From the human T2T-CHM13v2.0 reference genome, Homo sapiens, in assembly GCF_009914755.1 (NCBI RefSeq), contig NC_060930.1: a DNA stretch of 64,000 bases; one strand, 5' to 3'. A model generated the notes under the pieces. That model saw only the letters and a list, made by a program, of their open reading frames with translations. It was not told the origin of the DNA and did no database searches. Positions 27,571 through 42,599 of the stretch are shown here, piece after piece (position 1 is the stretch's first letter; each line of letters opens with the position of its first letter). Position numbers and translations under genes: made by a program.

Positions 27571-29354
27571 GAACAATAGGAGTTATGATGTAAGGCCTTC
27601 AACTTTGTCATTGAAGTATAGCTAACACACAAAGTCCACATCCTACCCCAAGAAGGAACAGTAGAGCTTACTCACAGTGTCCTTTACCTCTGGGCATCTC
27701 AAAAGGACAATTGAAAAAACTGTAAATGTGCTCATTGCTTTTGAGAGAGTCACAAAGTTTAGGGCATGGCTTAAGCCCAAGAAAATTAAGCAGCCTGTGG
27801 AAGAGGATAGAGATGATTGCACTGGATGTAGCTAAAGATGGCAAAGTGTTTGCCAATGAACAGATGTAGACCTTGAAGGAGAAGAAGACAAGGTGGGCTG
27901 CTCTTGCTTCCTGTATACTAGGATCACAGAGAGGGATGGTGTGCCGGAGGTCCAGACGTATGTGCTAAGTTGCTAACAGCTGCTGAAAGAACCAAAATAA
28001 CCACTGGAATAGAAATGCAGCCTCCCAAGGCAAGACTCTCCTTGACATGCACAGTCCCCAGCAATGACTGTCAGCAACAGCAAATGACAGCATCCCAAGA
28101 CGTAAGAGATGAGTTTTAGCCATCTACAAGACCTAGAGAAAAGAAAACCAGATGGCCAAGTAAGATTGCCCTATTCCCTTTCCCAGTCCTCTCTTCTCAC
28201 ACTTAACATTGGTGGATCTGTAATGTGTGCTTGCTAAAGCTGGAGGAGGTGAGGAGGTGAGGAGGTGACTGAGAAGCAGGCAGAAACCTATCCCAGGGCC
28301 TTTTCCCAGGCCAGGCAAACACCAACCTAAAGTTAGTCGAGAGTAAGAAATCCTTTTCAATAAAAACTAAAGCATTTATTAATATTTTGGCCTGGACACA
28401 TTCTACTTACTGAAGCACACTGTATTTAGTGACTTAAAGTGATTATGGATCTTTCTAGGTAAGAGTAGTCACGTGGTTTACCCACATTTCCATCCTGAGA
28501 CAGAAGATAATTATGCACCTGCCCATTTCACCTTGAATAATTTTAAAGGGATGAGAAAATAAAATTGTTTCTAATTATCCTTATTCAAGGTAATGGTTAT
28601 ACATATACATACTGGCTACAATGCTAACTTCTGGCATATTCACTACTGATGGCATTTTAAAAATAAATTGTGAACCTCAGGAAACAACCTGGGTGAGATA
28701 CGAAGCTCTCAAATTTTTAAATAAGCAGCCACTGGGCACTTATATTTTACAAATAATCCTATTAAATATTATCAGGAGACAAGAAAAGAGAAGACAAATC
28801 CTCTGCTTTTGGATTAGTTTGCAATACAATTGTAGTGTTAAAACATGCAATGATATTGCAAGTTGTAAATAATTGCACAGTGACCTACTAGCTTACCCCA
28901 AATAACAGAGTGCAGTAAATCTGTGTAAGAACAATCAGTGAAAGGATCTTGGTGTTCCTTGGAATGCCAGTGTTTATGCCTGTGTTTGACTTCTCCACCC
29001 TTTCCAGATCAGAAAATAGGGATTCTGGAGCAGTGTCTCATTCACTTTTTATTTAGCCCTTTTATTTCCAGCCCACTGAAGTGCACATCCTGTAACTCAT
29101 GATGCCCAAAACTCAGGAATTATCTCATGCAATCCCCCTTAGTTGCTCTGAGAGTCACTGAAGGCGGACAGGTGGGAGAATGGAAATTAAGAATGCAGAC
29201 CCACAGACCTTTTCTAGAACAGGCATCACCAGGTCTCTTTGTAAAGAATGCTAGGTAGGCGTCTCATACAGAAAGATGGCATGAATGCTGGCCCGCTTAG
29301 GACAATGGGGAGTCCATTCATAGAGAAACTCTCTAGAGAATAAAAGGTCATTTA

Positions 29355-29977
29355 GTTTATAGGTTGAATCGTGTCCCCCCACAAAATTCATATGTTGACA
29401 TCCTAATCTCAGCATCTCAGAATGTGAACTTACTTGGGAATAAGAATTCAAATAAGGCTATTGAAGATGTAATTAATTAAAATAAGGTCATAGTCAAGTA
29501 GGTGAGTCCTTAATCAAGTAGGACTGGTGTTTTTATTAAAAAACGACTGGTGTTTTTAGATGAAAATTTCCCAAGTGTAGTGAGAGATTTACACTTCCAG
29601 GTCCTGGAAGCTCAGAAAGCCCCAAACAGATACAATGCAGACAGGGTCTTCTCCATAGCAAATTATCATCAAACTGTCTAAAGTCAAAGACAAAGAGAGA
29701 ATTCTTAAAAACACCAAGAGAAAAGCTGGAAATCTCGACCCAGAGACACGAAAACAAGGAGAATGCAATGTGAGGGTTGGAGGAAAGCTGCCAAGAAACT
29801 ACCAAAAGCTAGAAAAGAAGCCTGGAACAGATCCTTCCCTAAAGCCTTCAGAGGCACCATGGCCCTATGGACACCTTGATCTCAGACTTCCCATCCCCAG
29901 ATCAGTGAGACAATAAATGTCTGCTCTTCAAGCCACTGTGTGGCACTTTGTCATGGCAGGCCTAGCAAACTAATACT
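29355..29977 (+). mobile_element. MLT1B MaLR solo LTR, interrupted by an L1 ORF1 fragment
   Basis: ggttgaatcgtgtcccccc..aaaattcatatgttg..cctggaacagatccttccct..acaataaatgtctg..cctagcaaactaatac. Confidence 0.88.
29559..29726 (+). mobile_element. Internal L1 ORF1 fragment with no 3' UTR or poly-A
   Basis: Translates DENFPSVVRDLHFQVLEAQKAPNRYN, then after a frameshift SSP*QIIIKLSKVKDKERILK, resembling ORF1p ENFPNL..IQIQEIQRTP.R....PRHII..KEKML. Confidence 0.85.
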
Positions 29978-32900
29978 ACCTACCCTTTCTAAGAACCAGT
30001 TTACAAAAAATAATAAAAGTATTTCAACATATAACTTATAAAGCAGAGAAATAATACTTCAAAATAATACAATAATAGAATCTAAGCCCCAAGAAAAAAG
30101 CAGACATATTTAACATGTACGAGTACTTCAAACTCAAGTATCAATAGAAACTAAAATAAAAAGGAGAACTTTTCAGCTCTGAAGTCTTTATATCTGTATG
30201 ACATCACATTTAAATGTTCTATTTACATATCAGTCTGCCTCACTAGTCTGAAAGTGCCTTAACAGGGACTCTGCCTTATTTACCTTCATAATCCTTGCAC
30301 ATTGTACGGAACCCCAAACAGTTTCATGAGAGATTCATGACAGGGTAATAATCATTAGTCTTTCAAGAGTAAGTGATCATTATCAGGAACCTAACCACCA
30401 ATGAGGAAGCATCATTTCAGCTAATCTGTGACCCTGAGCCATGCTTGTGTATGCATTTCCTTGTTGTCATTTAAATTCTAAACATGGGAAACTGTTATGA
30501 ATTTTAATCTACCACATGCAAGCGCAAACAAAATCACATTACTTTATTTTCTATAATAAAGAAACTTATTTTTGACTCTAAAGTCCTGTCTCAATGATGG
30601 GGAGAAATTCAATTGCATTCGAGTGCTAAGAATGCTTCCTCTTGCCCTGGCATCTCACCAAAAATGGGAATGGACCTTGCCCTACAATGAGCAAGAGGCC
30701 GCTGGCATCCGTCTGTCATGGTTGCTCATTACCCAATGGCTAAGGTTTCCTTAGCTGAGGATAACTCTTCATCTATGTCACTGTTGATTTTTCCAAGGCT
30801 GGGAGCCTAGGCCTGGAGATCCACTGTCTTTGAGTGCACCTTATAAGCATTCACGAGCCCGAGATCCTGAGCAGAAGGGAGCTAGGTCTCTTTCTATACC
30901 CTAGTTAGAAAATCATTTTCAGTCTTCAGGCCTCTCCCTCTCTCCTAAGAGCCGCTTCTGTTCTCACCCCCCAAGCACTCTCCTATCCTTACCCTAAAGG
31001 GACAAGCCTGCAGAATGCCTCTCTCAGGCCCCTACATGTAGAAACTTAACCAAAGTCAGTCTTTTTCTCTGAAAGGAAAGTCAGAAGGAAAGACTGCTTC
31101 TCACCAATTGTTTCCTTAGTAATTCTCCCTGTCATATACTTTGTATCTGTTTGCAGCTCTCACTTCCAAACAAAGCAACATTTTCACAGATATTAAACTG
31201 GCTATCAGTTAGTGAGACTCTCACATGTACCCTCATTTAATACACTTTCTTTCCCCTTCCAAAAGGGGAAAAAAAACAAAGTCAAGTTTCCTTGAGTATA
31301 CCAAGATGGTTACAAAGAACGACAGTGACTGGACTATTTCACTAGACTGTGAGATGGATTTACCCTAAGAAGCAGCAGAGAGTTATTGCACCCTCCTCAG
31401 CTATTGTGGTAGTCGATTTTCATATCACAGGGTTGGGGAGGAAGGTCAGTGCATAAGGGTTGGGGACTTACATTGGGAACATCTTTCACAGCCCAAACCA
31501 AAAGCTGCTCACCAGATGTGTGCAGCTCTGACGGCACCACATCCAGGAACACACTCCATATAAATTGCAGCTGCCTGAGTTCACATGAAGTAGGAAAATC
31601 AATTAGAGGAAAGCTGAAACAGAAATTGAGGGAAACCCCTCCAGTCTCTGTTTAATATTTCTCTACTTTTCCTTTTTCCTTTAATCAAACTTTGATGAAT
31701 CCAGCTAACTTTTCCATACCACTCACTGTCCCTGCTTATTCACTCAATGTGTGTGTGTGGGGGGGGGGGGCGGGAGAATAAAATTCCTTAGTTCTTTCAT
31801 TTCTCAATGGGTCCAGCATTGTTAATTATACCTTGACAAATTGACCCTAATATATATATCCAAAAACTATTAGAAATGAAGAGTTTCAAGAATTACTTCT
31901 GGACTCTTCTTAAAATCTGCAGTATTGTATATGTGTGTGTGTATACACATGTATTCCTACCTATATGCACATGCACACAGACCCTGTTTCAGGACTGGCG
32001 TGCAAAGAATCGGCCCCATCGCCCATTTTATTACTGTTTGCACATCTGGTGCAGAGCAGCAGTGAAGGCCTCAGTGTCTGCAGCAGCTCCGGCAATTAGC
32101 TCTGAATGAAACAGTCATAAATAGTAATTAGCCATTCCCTCAGTCATGTCCCAAAGCCTTTAAAAAAATCCTCAGAGAACTCAATGCATTCTTTTCTAAA
32201 GACCTATTATAAGCGCACCACCCACTCCACCGTCATTTCAGAGAAGCTAAGAGCAAGAGCAACATTCCAGCTGCCCCCCAGATAGCTGGAGTGCCAGTTC
32301 CTGACGGGGGATCAGCGAGGGGAGGCAAGGAGAAAGGGGGCGGGGAGAGAAGGTGCTGCAAAATCAAAGGTCAGTAAAACATTTACCAAGGTGGGGAGCT
32401 GTGGGTCGGAGGAACAGAGAGTATTCAGCACAGGAGGATGCTGGGACCGCATCCTAATTAAGGTGGAATGCCTCCTACCATGCCTCACCTCTGCTTCAAC
32501 TGTGAATTGAGATGCTGCGGGAGAACCTCATTAATTCTTTCTTCACTCATGGGTGAGCTCTCTCAGCCTTAAAATGATGTCGGTGGATTTCACATCACTC
32601 CTTCAATGGGGATGTAACAGCAGAGAACCTAGCATGAAGGCTCATATTCATTAAGCCCTATCTCCCCTCTTAAAAATGTGGATTCTGCGGCCCTGACAGG
32701 CATACGTACGTGTTGTTAGGGAGTTTGCGATAGTGACAATTAAGACCTGTCATCCAATACACAGACATAGTCCATTCTGTGATGTGCTGAGTAGCCTTGA
32801 TGTGATCATTCTAATTCACACAGTCAGGGGTCCGGAATGGGCCTTGAAAGCTTATCTGGCTTATTCCCTTGGCTTCAGTTATGTCTCTTCTATTCCATTT

Positions 32901-33409
32901 CAAACAGATTTATGTACAACAAAACCGTGAGCTCAGCCTTTTTGTATCAACCATCTAGACCCTGGTCTAATCATTCATGGGGTGCTTAATAAGAGTGTTC
33001 TCAGAAACATGGATCGGGCATTACCAGTGACCTGAACAATGACGGGCAGCATTTCTTCAATTGCGGAGGTGCTATCCTGGTGCCTAACGTAAGGCATCTG
33101 AAATGTAAACCTAAGCATCTTTTCCAACCCTGTCACCCACTTTACACTTTTAGTTCTCCAGTTAGCCTGAATGTAATACTTATCATTCCCTGAACATATA
33201 TTTTCTCTATGTGCCTCCACACAACCACACACACGCACGAACACACACATGCACACAGGCACGCACACCTTGTTAACAATGCTCTCTGCTGTTGACCCGC
33301 TCCATCCTTCTAGAAGCAGCCTGATATAATGATAAGAGGTTGAAGCCAGACAGTTGACCTTGCTATACATGAGATGTGTTGACTTGGAACTGCTCCTTGG
33401 TCCCTCCAA

Positions 33410-33890
33410 GCCCGGAGCTCTTAACCCTGGCTGCACATTAACATCACATGAGAGGTTTTCAGCAACAATAACCATAACAGCAACTACTACTACTCTTTTC
33501 ACACCAGACAGCCCCTCATATTTACAAAACAGGATTCAACTCCTTCTGTAAACAAATTAAGCCCTTACAATAAAAACACAACTGCTACTTGGGAGGCTGA
33601 GGCAGGAGAATGGCGAGAACCTAGGAGGCAGAGCTTGCAGTGAGCCAAGATCGCGCCACTGCACTCCAGCCTGGGTGACAGTGTGAGACTCCGTCTCAAA
33701 ACCAAACCAAACCAAACCAAACCAAAAAAAACCACAACTGCAAAATATCTTCATTTTCATAAAAAGAAGTAAAAGAAATATGCTGAGACCCTGCTGCAGA
33801 CTCCTGAAATCAGAAGCTCTGGGAGTGGGGTCCTGGCGTAGGTATGTTTGTAACAGTTCTCCCTATGATTCTCTTGCAATGTGCACTCAA
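33410..33890. mobile_element. MER5A-like hAT fragments flanking a truncated Alu
   Basis: tcttaaccctggctgcacatta.catcac and aatcagaagctctgggagtgggg..aacagttctccctatgattct. Confidence 0.55.
33584..33730 (+). mobile_element. 5'-truncated AluY (right arm) with (AAACC)n tail
   Basis: ggagaatggcg..gagcttgcagtgagcc (Y diagnostics); TSD cacaactgc at 33577-33585 and 33733-33741. Confidence 0.88.
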
Positions 33891-36047
33891 GGTCCAGACC
33901 AGAGTTTAAGACTTCAGTTTTGTTCACCTGTAAATCAGTGATCATAATGGCCTGCTTCCAATGGTTATTGTGAATTTTTAATTCTACAACATGGGTAAAA
34001 TGTCTGAAACATATCAATATATAATCAACTAGCTGTGATTTTGTTATTACTACCCATTTTGCTTTCCACATTATCCAGCCCTCTCTGGAAGCTCTATTGC
34101 AGTGCAATATATGTTATGAGTGTGCTTGATTAGGTTCTGAACTCCTTAGTGTGTCTGTCTACCTAGCACTGGCCCAGCATCTGGCACAAAAGAGCATCAG
34201 CATAGTGAATGAACCATTCTTCTACCGGAATGTTCCCCACCTTTCCTCCGAATATACAAATCAATTCATCATTCAAGGTCTAAATTTCTCACTTCTCCCC
34301 TCAGCAAACTCCTGTCCATCACTCCTTCCCATCAGAACTCAGGTCTCTTACAGTATAGATCATTCACCTGGCAACTAGTTATAACTGATCTTATAATAGC
34401 CCTTCCTTTATGATCTTATATTATTTTAACTCATTTAGCTATTTTTGTTTGTATCTTGTCTCTCCAAATAGACATTATATTTTTAATCTATTTTATAGCC
34501 CTCATAGGGCCTAACATGATATGTAATATGGGGAAAATATTTAAAAAATTAAAAAAATAAATAAATCCTCTGATAAGGGGAGAAAATAAAATTTCCCTCA
34601 ATTTGGGTGCAAATGGATTGAATTGGGATAGAAATAGTGATGTTTAACAATCTTGAGCACACATTTTAATTTCATGATAATAAGTTGTACTTTCTTTGCT
34701 GGTAAACACATGGTGACTGGTAACTGCCAAAAGGACAGTAAAATGCTACAGCAAATTCACTGAGTTTGGAGATATAGGTTCTGGTACCAGTGCTACTAAT
34801 ACCTAACTTGAGACCGTGAGCAAGTCAAAGCACCTTTATGGCTTTAGGTGCTGTTAAAAGGCGAGGGTTCTACACTGATCTGTAAGATAGCTTTCAGCCT
34901 TTACATTCCATATTTATGACTAAGATTTTTAAATGCAAGAGTGCAAAGTTCTAGACATGAAGGACTTTTCAATATATACCATGATTTCCCCTGAGAATGG
35001 ACGACAGAATTATGCAAACATGAGAATTCAAGGAAAGAAGGAAAATCTACTGTGGCTAAGAAAAGGGAGACAAGGAGTTTGGGATGAAGCCTGATTTGTG
35101 GGTCTCTACTGCCCTCCTCAGAGAAAAGGATGGCAGTGGGGTGGCAGGCACAACAGTGGGGAGGGAGAAAGAGCCTTTTTCTGCAATCGAGATTTACAGA
35201 GCATGCATTTTCTAGAAAAACAGGTTTCAGTGTGGGTTAACTATTTCTCAGATAACAATACACCTCTGAGAGTCACATGTACTAACTTAAAGCTAATTAT
35301 CTTGATAATGACTGAAACCAACATTGATGAAGCCATTGCTATGTCTCAAACATAAAAGGGACTCTATTTAGTGACATTACACTTGCCTATCTGATGACTC
35401 TTCTAATAAGTGCTTCCAGTTTTTTATAAAGCTACCAGTGGCTCCTCACACTTTTGGGTTATTAAAGGCCCTCCCAGGTGGAAGGATGCCTATAGAGGCA
35501 TCTTTCTCTCCCTGAGGTTCCCGTTCTCCTCCCTGCATGAGGGGAGGCTGAGCCCTTTCCTGCATCCTGCCTTTACTCCTACCACCCGCTAAGCGGATTT
35601 CCTTCCCAGCCCACTTCTCCACACAAACCTAAGTCAATTACAAAGCCCACGTCCAAAATCACTACTCTATGAGACTTCCTCTCACCCCTCCTGTCAAAAT
35701 CCATCTTTGGAGATATTCAATTAAACCACTTAATACAGATGATTGAATATAAATATTCACCACCCAGCACCATCCCCAAACCACACAAAAATGAGAGTAA
35801 AGGAATAAAAAGTCAAAACACAAAAGAAGAAAAAGAACAGGACAGAAGATAGCATCATACGAGAAATTTTATCTCCAATAAAAAGAAGAGAGAGCTCTGT
35901 CAGTTTAGTGAAAAAAAATTGTGGTAAAAAGCACATTTTTAAAAGGGTTATTCTCTACAGAAAAAAATATATATCAATAAAGTGTAGTCAGATAATATAT
36001 TAAGTAGTGATAGAATGTGAGAATTAACAAAACAAAACAAAACCCTA

Positions 36048-36245
<198 letters not shown>

Positions 36246-36749
36246 TTACATGTCTTTAGGGAGACTTTTTAAAACTAACTACCTATAATTTCTAAGTGAA
36301 AAAAAAGGTTATTTTTAAAGGCAAATAGAAAATAAACTCATCACTACTTTCTATCCTATCAGACCTTATTAGACCTTTGTTTGTACTTCTCTTACCAGTT
36401 TCTATGGTATTTTGTATTACAGGTGTGCACTCTGCCTCACAAAATGACTGTCAGCCCCTTGAGGGAAAGTATCATGCCTTTCAGTTTTACATTCCTTGCC
36501 TGGCCCACCCCCACCAAGGGCTATCAGCAATGCGAGCACATATTTTGAGAGTTGCCATATTGAGAGGGTAGCTGTTATTAGAAGGACCACAATTGTAGAC
36601 ATAGAGTATTCCTATGCAACAAAGATTTATATTATGCAAGACACTTTGAGAAACAGTAGGCGGTATGGTATGAAACGATTAAGTTTGTAAACCAGTAGCT
36701 GTCATTTGCCAGTTAGTATAAATGAGTTGACTAGGTGCATTAGGTGAGG

Positions 36750-36753
<4 letters not shown>

Positions 36754-36795
<42 letters not shown>
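36754..36795 (+). repeat. (AT)21 microsatellite at an Alu tail
   Basis: 42 bp of pure AT dinucleotide. Confidence 0.95.
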
Positions 36796-37865
<1,070 letters not shown>

Positions 37866-38199
37866 CAAGGCAATACAGTTACGTGAAAGTTGCTAAGAAA
37901 ACACCGTTTCCCCTAGTCTACACATTTTACAGACATTTTGGGACATAGACACTGTAATTTCTTTCTTAATCCATGAATAATTATGTCTTTTAAACAAGCT
38001 GTTCCTAAGAGTTCTATAATAAAATCTGTAACTGCTAGCCCTAAAACATTTGCTCATAGCTGATACTTCAATACAACTTAAAATGAACTCCAGCCTCAGA
38101 TGTAAGGATTTATGTGGTATTCTGAAATATTATGCTGTCTAGTCATCATATAATGACTGCATGGCCAAATAAACATTTGAATAACTGCTCAGTTGCTCT

Positions 38200-38655
38200 A
38201 CTAATCAAACTAATGAAAGTTAAAGCAGCAATAGAATATTTTTTCTACCCAAATGGCAAATATTATTAAACTTATAGTACCTAGTGTCAATTACATGCAC
38301 AAAAATTTATACAAGTTTTTTTTGTTGTTAATAGTAAAATCTAGAAACAATCTAAATGTCTCACAATAGGAAGATGATTAAATAAATGGACAATTATTCA
38401 GGCATTAAAATGAAGAAACAGTTGTCATAGAATTTTTTAAGGCAAAGTATGAAAATTGATATATAACATTCAGCAGTTTTATAAAATATAAACATTTATA
38501 TATGAATAGCATATCTATCTCTATATGTAACAATATAGCAATATAACTATTTCTGGATGATAATAATATTGGCAATTTTTATTTTTTATAACTTCTCATG
38601 GTTTTCCACATATTGCACCATTAAAATGTGTCATATATTTTTAATTAAAAAACAA
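38200..38655 (+). mobile_element. L1ME-type 3' region
   Basis: gttaatagtaaaatctagaaacaatctaaatgtc..aatagga..gattaaataaat resembles the L1 ORF2 end and 3' UTR; very diverged. Confidence 0.55.
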
Positions 38656-40760
38656 TAATATTACTTGCTTAGTAATACAACCTCATGGACAATAGTCATC
38701 AAGTAAGAAAAGCAAATGCTAAAGACTATTGCCTTAATTCCAGAGAGACTTTGAGGTCTGATTCAATTAGGGAGAGAAAAATCATTACTTTTTTTCCCTC
38801 TGAGATGTTTTCTATATGTTGTCAGAATTGGAGGTAAAATATACCATGTGGAACACTAAATCAAGAAAAAATAGATCCATTTTAAGAGGGGGTGTTTTGA
38901 ACTTATTATTATAAGTGCACTTATTCACAGCACATTAGGCTTTAATAATAAAACAGCACCTTCCTTTCTCCGTGCCTGATAGTTTTCCTGCTCTGTCCTC
39001 ACACTTCTGAACAGGAAAATAAATCAAATTATGCCAACAAAAAGCATAGTATTCTCCAAAGAGAGGCCCTGTGTCCCTCCCTCCCTTTATTCTATATTGT
39101 GCTTGAAGAAATCACACGGGACCCTCTCATTGAATCTGTCTACATATAAACCCTTTGGAAATACCAGGCAGCCTCCCCTTCCCCAAATCACGTACAATTC
39201 CCATTAATGTTAATAAGAGCTATGTGGAGGGATGAGGAAAAACTATTCCCCATTATCTTTTATTACATTTTTATTTTATGAACTGGTCTCTTTGATGATA
39301 AATCAGTGCTACTACAAAACCATAATTCTTTGGGGAAAACCTCCACGAAATTTCCCTTCTCTGTGTTATTCTGATGCTGTCAAAAAGAAAAATTTAAAAG
39401 AGGAAACACAAGCCTACTGTTTTTGACATGTAGTAACTACTGTACTGTGGATGACATCCCATATAAAGGGCCAACTTTATTGTTCATAATCAGCAGCAAC
39501 TGCACTTTTGCTAAAAAGAAAAAAAAAAACTGCCTGAGGTCATTATCATTGTATTTTACAAACAACCATCCAGCAGCTGGCAATTAGATAACCCAGAATC
39601 AAATCATGCCTACCATTAGGTATGCCTCAGAAGCCCAAATGCTTCAGAGTCATCAGTTGGCAGAAGTCCAGTCATGGCAACATGGCCCTGCCTTGTGGCT
39701 GGCCACACTGGAATGGCCTTAATTGTGTTTTCTCTAGAGAAGTACGAGGATTCATATCTTTATTCTCTTGATCTTTATTATTTCCATACTGTTGATCTAA
39801 TACTGCAAATATATCATTTTCTGTATACTTCTTTTTATATGAAGCCCACCCTTACCTCCATACCTCTGTTAAAGTAACTCCCTAAACTGAAAATATCTTG
39901 TTTTCTTTCTCACCACGAGCTCTTTTCTCCACGAGCTCTTTTACCCAAATATTCTGGCCCACATTGTTCTTTTCCCCTTGCCCTCACCTTTTTGTATTAT
40001 TATTAAGCTATATTTTTAGAGCAGTTTTAGGTTCAAGGCAAAATTGATCAGAGTTTCTCATGTACTTTCTGTTCCCACACGTAATACAACCTCCCCCACT
40101 ATTGACATCCCACGATGACATATCTTTTACAATCAAAAAACCTATATTGATGCATTGTTATTATCTAAAGCCCATAGTTTACACTAAGTTTCACCCATGC
40201 TGTTGTGTATTCTATGGGTTTTAAGAAGTGTACATTGATGTGTATTCACACAGTACAGTATCACACAGACTAGTTTCACTGCCCCAAAAGTTCTCTGTAC
40301 TCTACCTGTTCCACAAAATCATGTACTACGAATCATATAGTCTTTCTAGGTTGGCTTCTTTCACATAGTAAAATTAAATTTGTTCTATGGCTTTTCATGG
40401 CTTTATAGCTCATTTCATTTTAGTGATGAATAATATTCCATTGTCTGCATGTATCATAGTTTATTTATTCAGCCACTGAGAAGCATCTTGACAGCTTCCC
40501 AGTTTCATCAGTGATGAATAAAGCTGTGATAAACATCCATATGAGGGTTTTTTTGGGGACATAAGATTTCAGCTCATTTGCGTAGATACCAAGAAGCACA
40601 ATTGCTGGATATCTGGCCAAGGGTATGTTTAGTTTTGTAAGAAACTATAAAATTGTCTTCCAAAGTGACTGTACCATTTTGCATTCTCACCAGCAATGAA
40701 TGAGCATTCCTATTGCTCCATATCCTCACCAACGTGGGGTGTTGTCAGAGTTTTGGAATT

Positions 40761-42158
40761 AGGCTACAGTAACCAAAACAGCATAGTACTGGTACCAAAA
40801 CAGAGATCTGGACCAATGGAACAGAACAGAGGCCTCAGAAATAATACCACACATCTATAACCATCTGATCTTTGACAAACCTGACAAAAACAAGAAATGG
40901 GGAAAAGATTCTGTATTTAATAAATGGTGCTGGGAAAAAAGGCTAGCCATATGTAGAAAGCTGAAACTGGATCCCTTCCTTACACCTTATACAAAAATTA
41001 ATTCAAGATGGATTAAAGACTTAAATGTTAGACCTAAAATTATAAAAACCCTAGAAGAAAACCTAGGCAATACCATTCAGGACATAGGCATGGGCAAGGA
41101 CTTCATGTCTAAAACACCAAAAGCAATGGCAACAAGAGCCAAAATTGACAAATGGGATCTAATTAAACTAAAGAGCTTCTGCACAGCAAAGGAAACTACC
41201 ATCAGAGTGAACAGGCAACCTACAGAATGGGAGAAAATTTTTGCAATCTACTCATCTGACAAAGGGCTACTATCCAGAATCTACAAAGAACTCAAACAAA
41301 TTTACTAGAAAAAAACAAACAACCCCAACAAGTGGGCGAAGGATATGAACAGACACTTCTCAAAAGAAGACATTTATGCAGCCGAAAGACACATGAAAAA
41401 ATGCTCATCACTGGCTATCAGAGAAATGCAAATCAAAACCACAATGAGATACCATCTCACACCAGCTAGAGTGGTGATCATTAAAAAGTCAGGAAACAAC
41501 AGGTGCTGGAGAGGATGTGGAGAAATAGGAACACTTTTACACTGTTGGTGGGACTGTAAACTACTTCAACCATTGTGGAAGTCAGTGTGGTGATTCCTGA
41601 AGAATCTAGAACTAGAAATACCATTTGATCCAGCCATCCCATTACTGGGTATATATCCAAAGGATTATAAATCATTCTACTATAAAGACACATGCACACA
41701 TATGTTTATTGCAGCACTATTCACAACAGCAAAGACTTGGAACCAACCCAAATGTCCATCAGTGGTAGACTGGAATAAGAAAATGTGCCATATATACACC
41801 ATGGAATACTATGCAGCCAAAAAAAGGATGAGTTCATGTCCTTCGCAGGCACACGGATGGAGCTGGAAACTGTCAACCTCAGCAAATTATCGCAAAGACA
41901 AAAAACCAAACACCGCATGTTCTCACTCAAAGGTGGGAATTGAACAATGAGAACACATGGACACAGGAAGGGGAACATCACACACCTGGGCATGTCGTGG
42001 GGGTGGGGGGAGTGAGGAGGGATAGCATTAGGAGATATACCTAATGTAAATGACGAGTTAATGGGTGCAGCACACCAACATGGCACATGTATACGTATGT
42101 AACAAAACTGCACGTTGTGCACATGTACCTTGGAACTTAAAGAATAATTTAAAAAAAA
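40761..42158 (+). mobile_element. 5'-truncated primate L1PA (L1PA4/5-like), ORF2 C-terminus and 3' UTR
   Basis: ORFs 41090 and 41345 are L1 ORF2p ([17 protein letters not shown]; [21 protein letters not shown]). Canonical 3' UTR and A tail; TSD ggaatt(a/t)ggcta at 40755-40766 and 42159-42170. Confidence 0.95.
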
Positions 42159-42262
42159 GGAATTTGGCTAATGTAATAGACATATAGTGGTTTCTCATTG
42201 TAATTTGCAATTCCCTCATGACATATAATGTTGAACACCTTTTCATATGCTTACTTGCCAGC

Positions 42263-42599
42263 TGATACAGTTTGGCTGTGTTCCCACCCAAAACTCAACT
42301 TGAATTGTGTCTCCCAGAATTCCCAGACCCAGGGGGAAGTAACGGAATCATGGGGGCCAGTCTTTCCCATGCTGTTCTTGTGATAGTGAATAAGTCTCAC
42401 AAGATCTGATGGGTTTATCAGGGGTTTCTGCTTTTGTTTCTTCCTCATTTTCTCTTGCTGCTGCCATGTCAGAAGTGCCTTCCACCTGCCATGATTCTGA
42501 GGCCTCTGCAGCCATGTGGAACTGTAAGTCCAACTAAACCTTTTTTTCTTCCCAGTCTTGGGTATGTCTTTATCAGTCGCATGAAAATGGACAAATACA
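42263..42599 (+). mobile_element. THE1A MaLR solo LTR
   Basis: tgatacagtttggctgtg..ggtttatcaggggtttc..ttcctcattttctcttg..ggacaaataCA; TSD ccagc/ccatc. Confidence 0.9.

Noticed and set aside
32975-33502. Longest ORF (175 aa, minus strand)
   Set aside because: It runs through MER5/L2-like fragments and a (CA)-rich tract (VCVPVCMCVFVRVC); consistent with a chance open frame.
39459-39470. CArG-like CCATATAAAGG
   Set aside because: Seven A/T bases rather than CC(A/T)6GG, and no other support.
41090-41950. ORFs with clear L1 ORF2p similarity
   Set aside because: Part of a 5'-truncated L1PA with stops and frameshifts; not a functional CDS.
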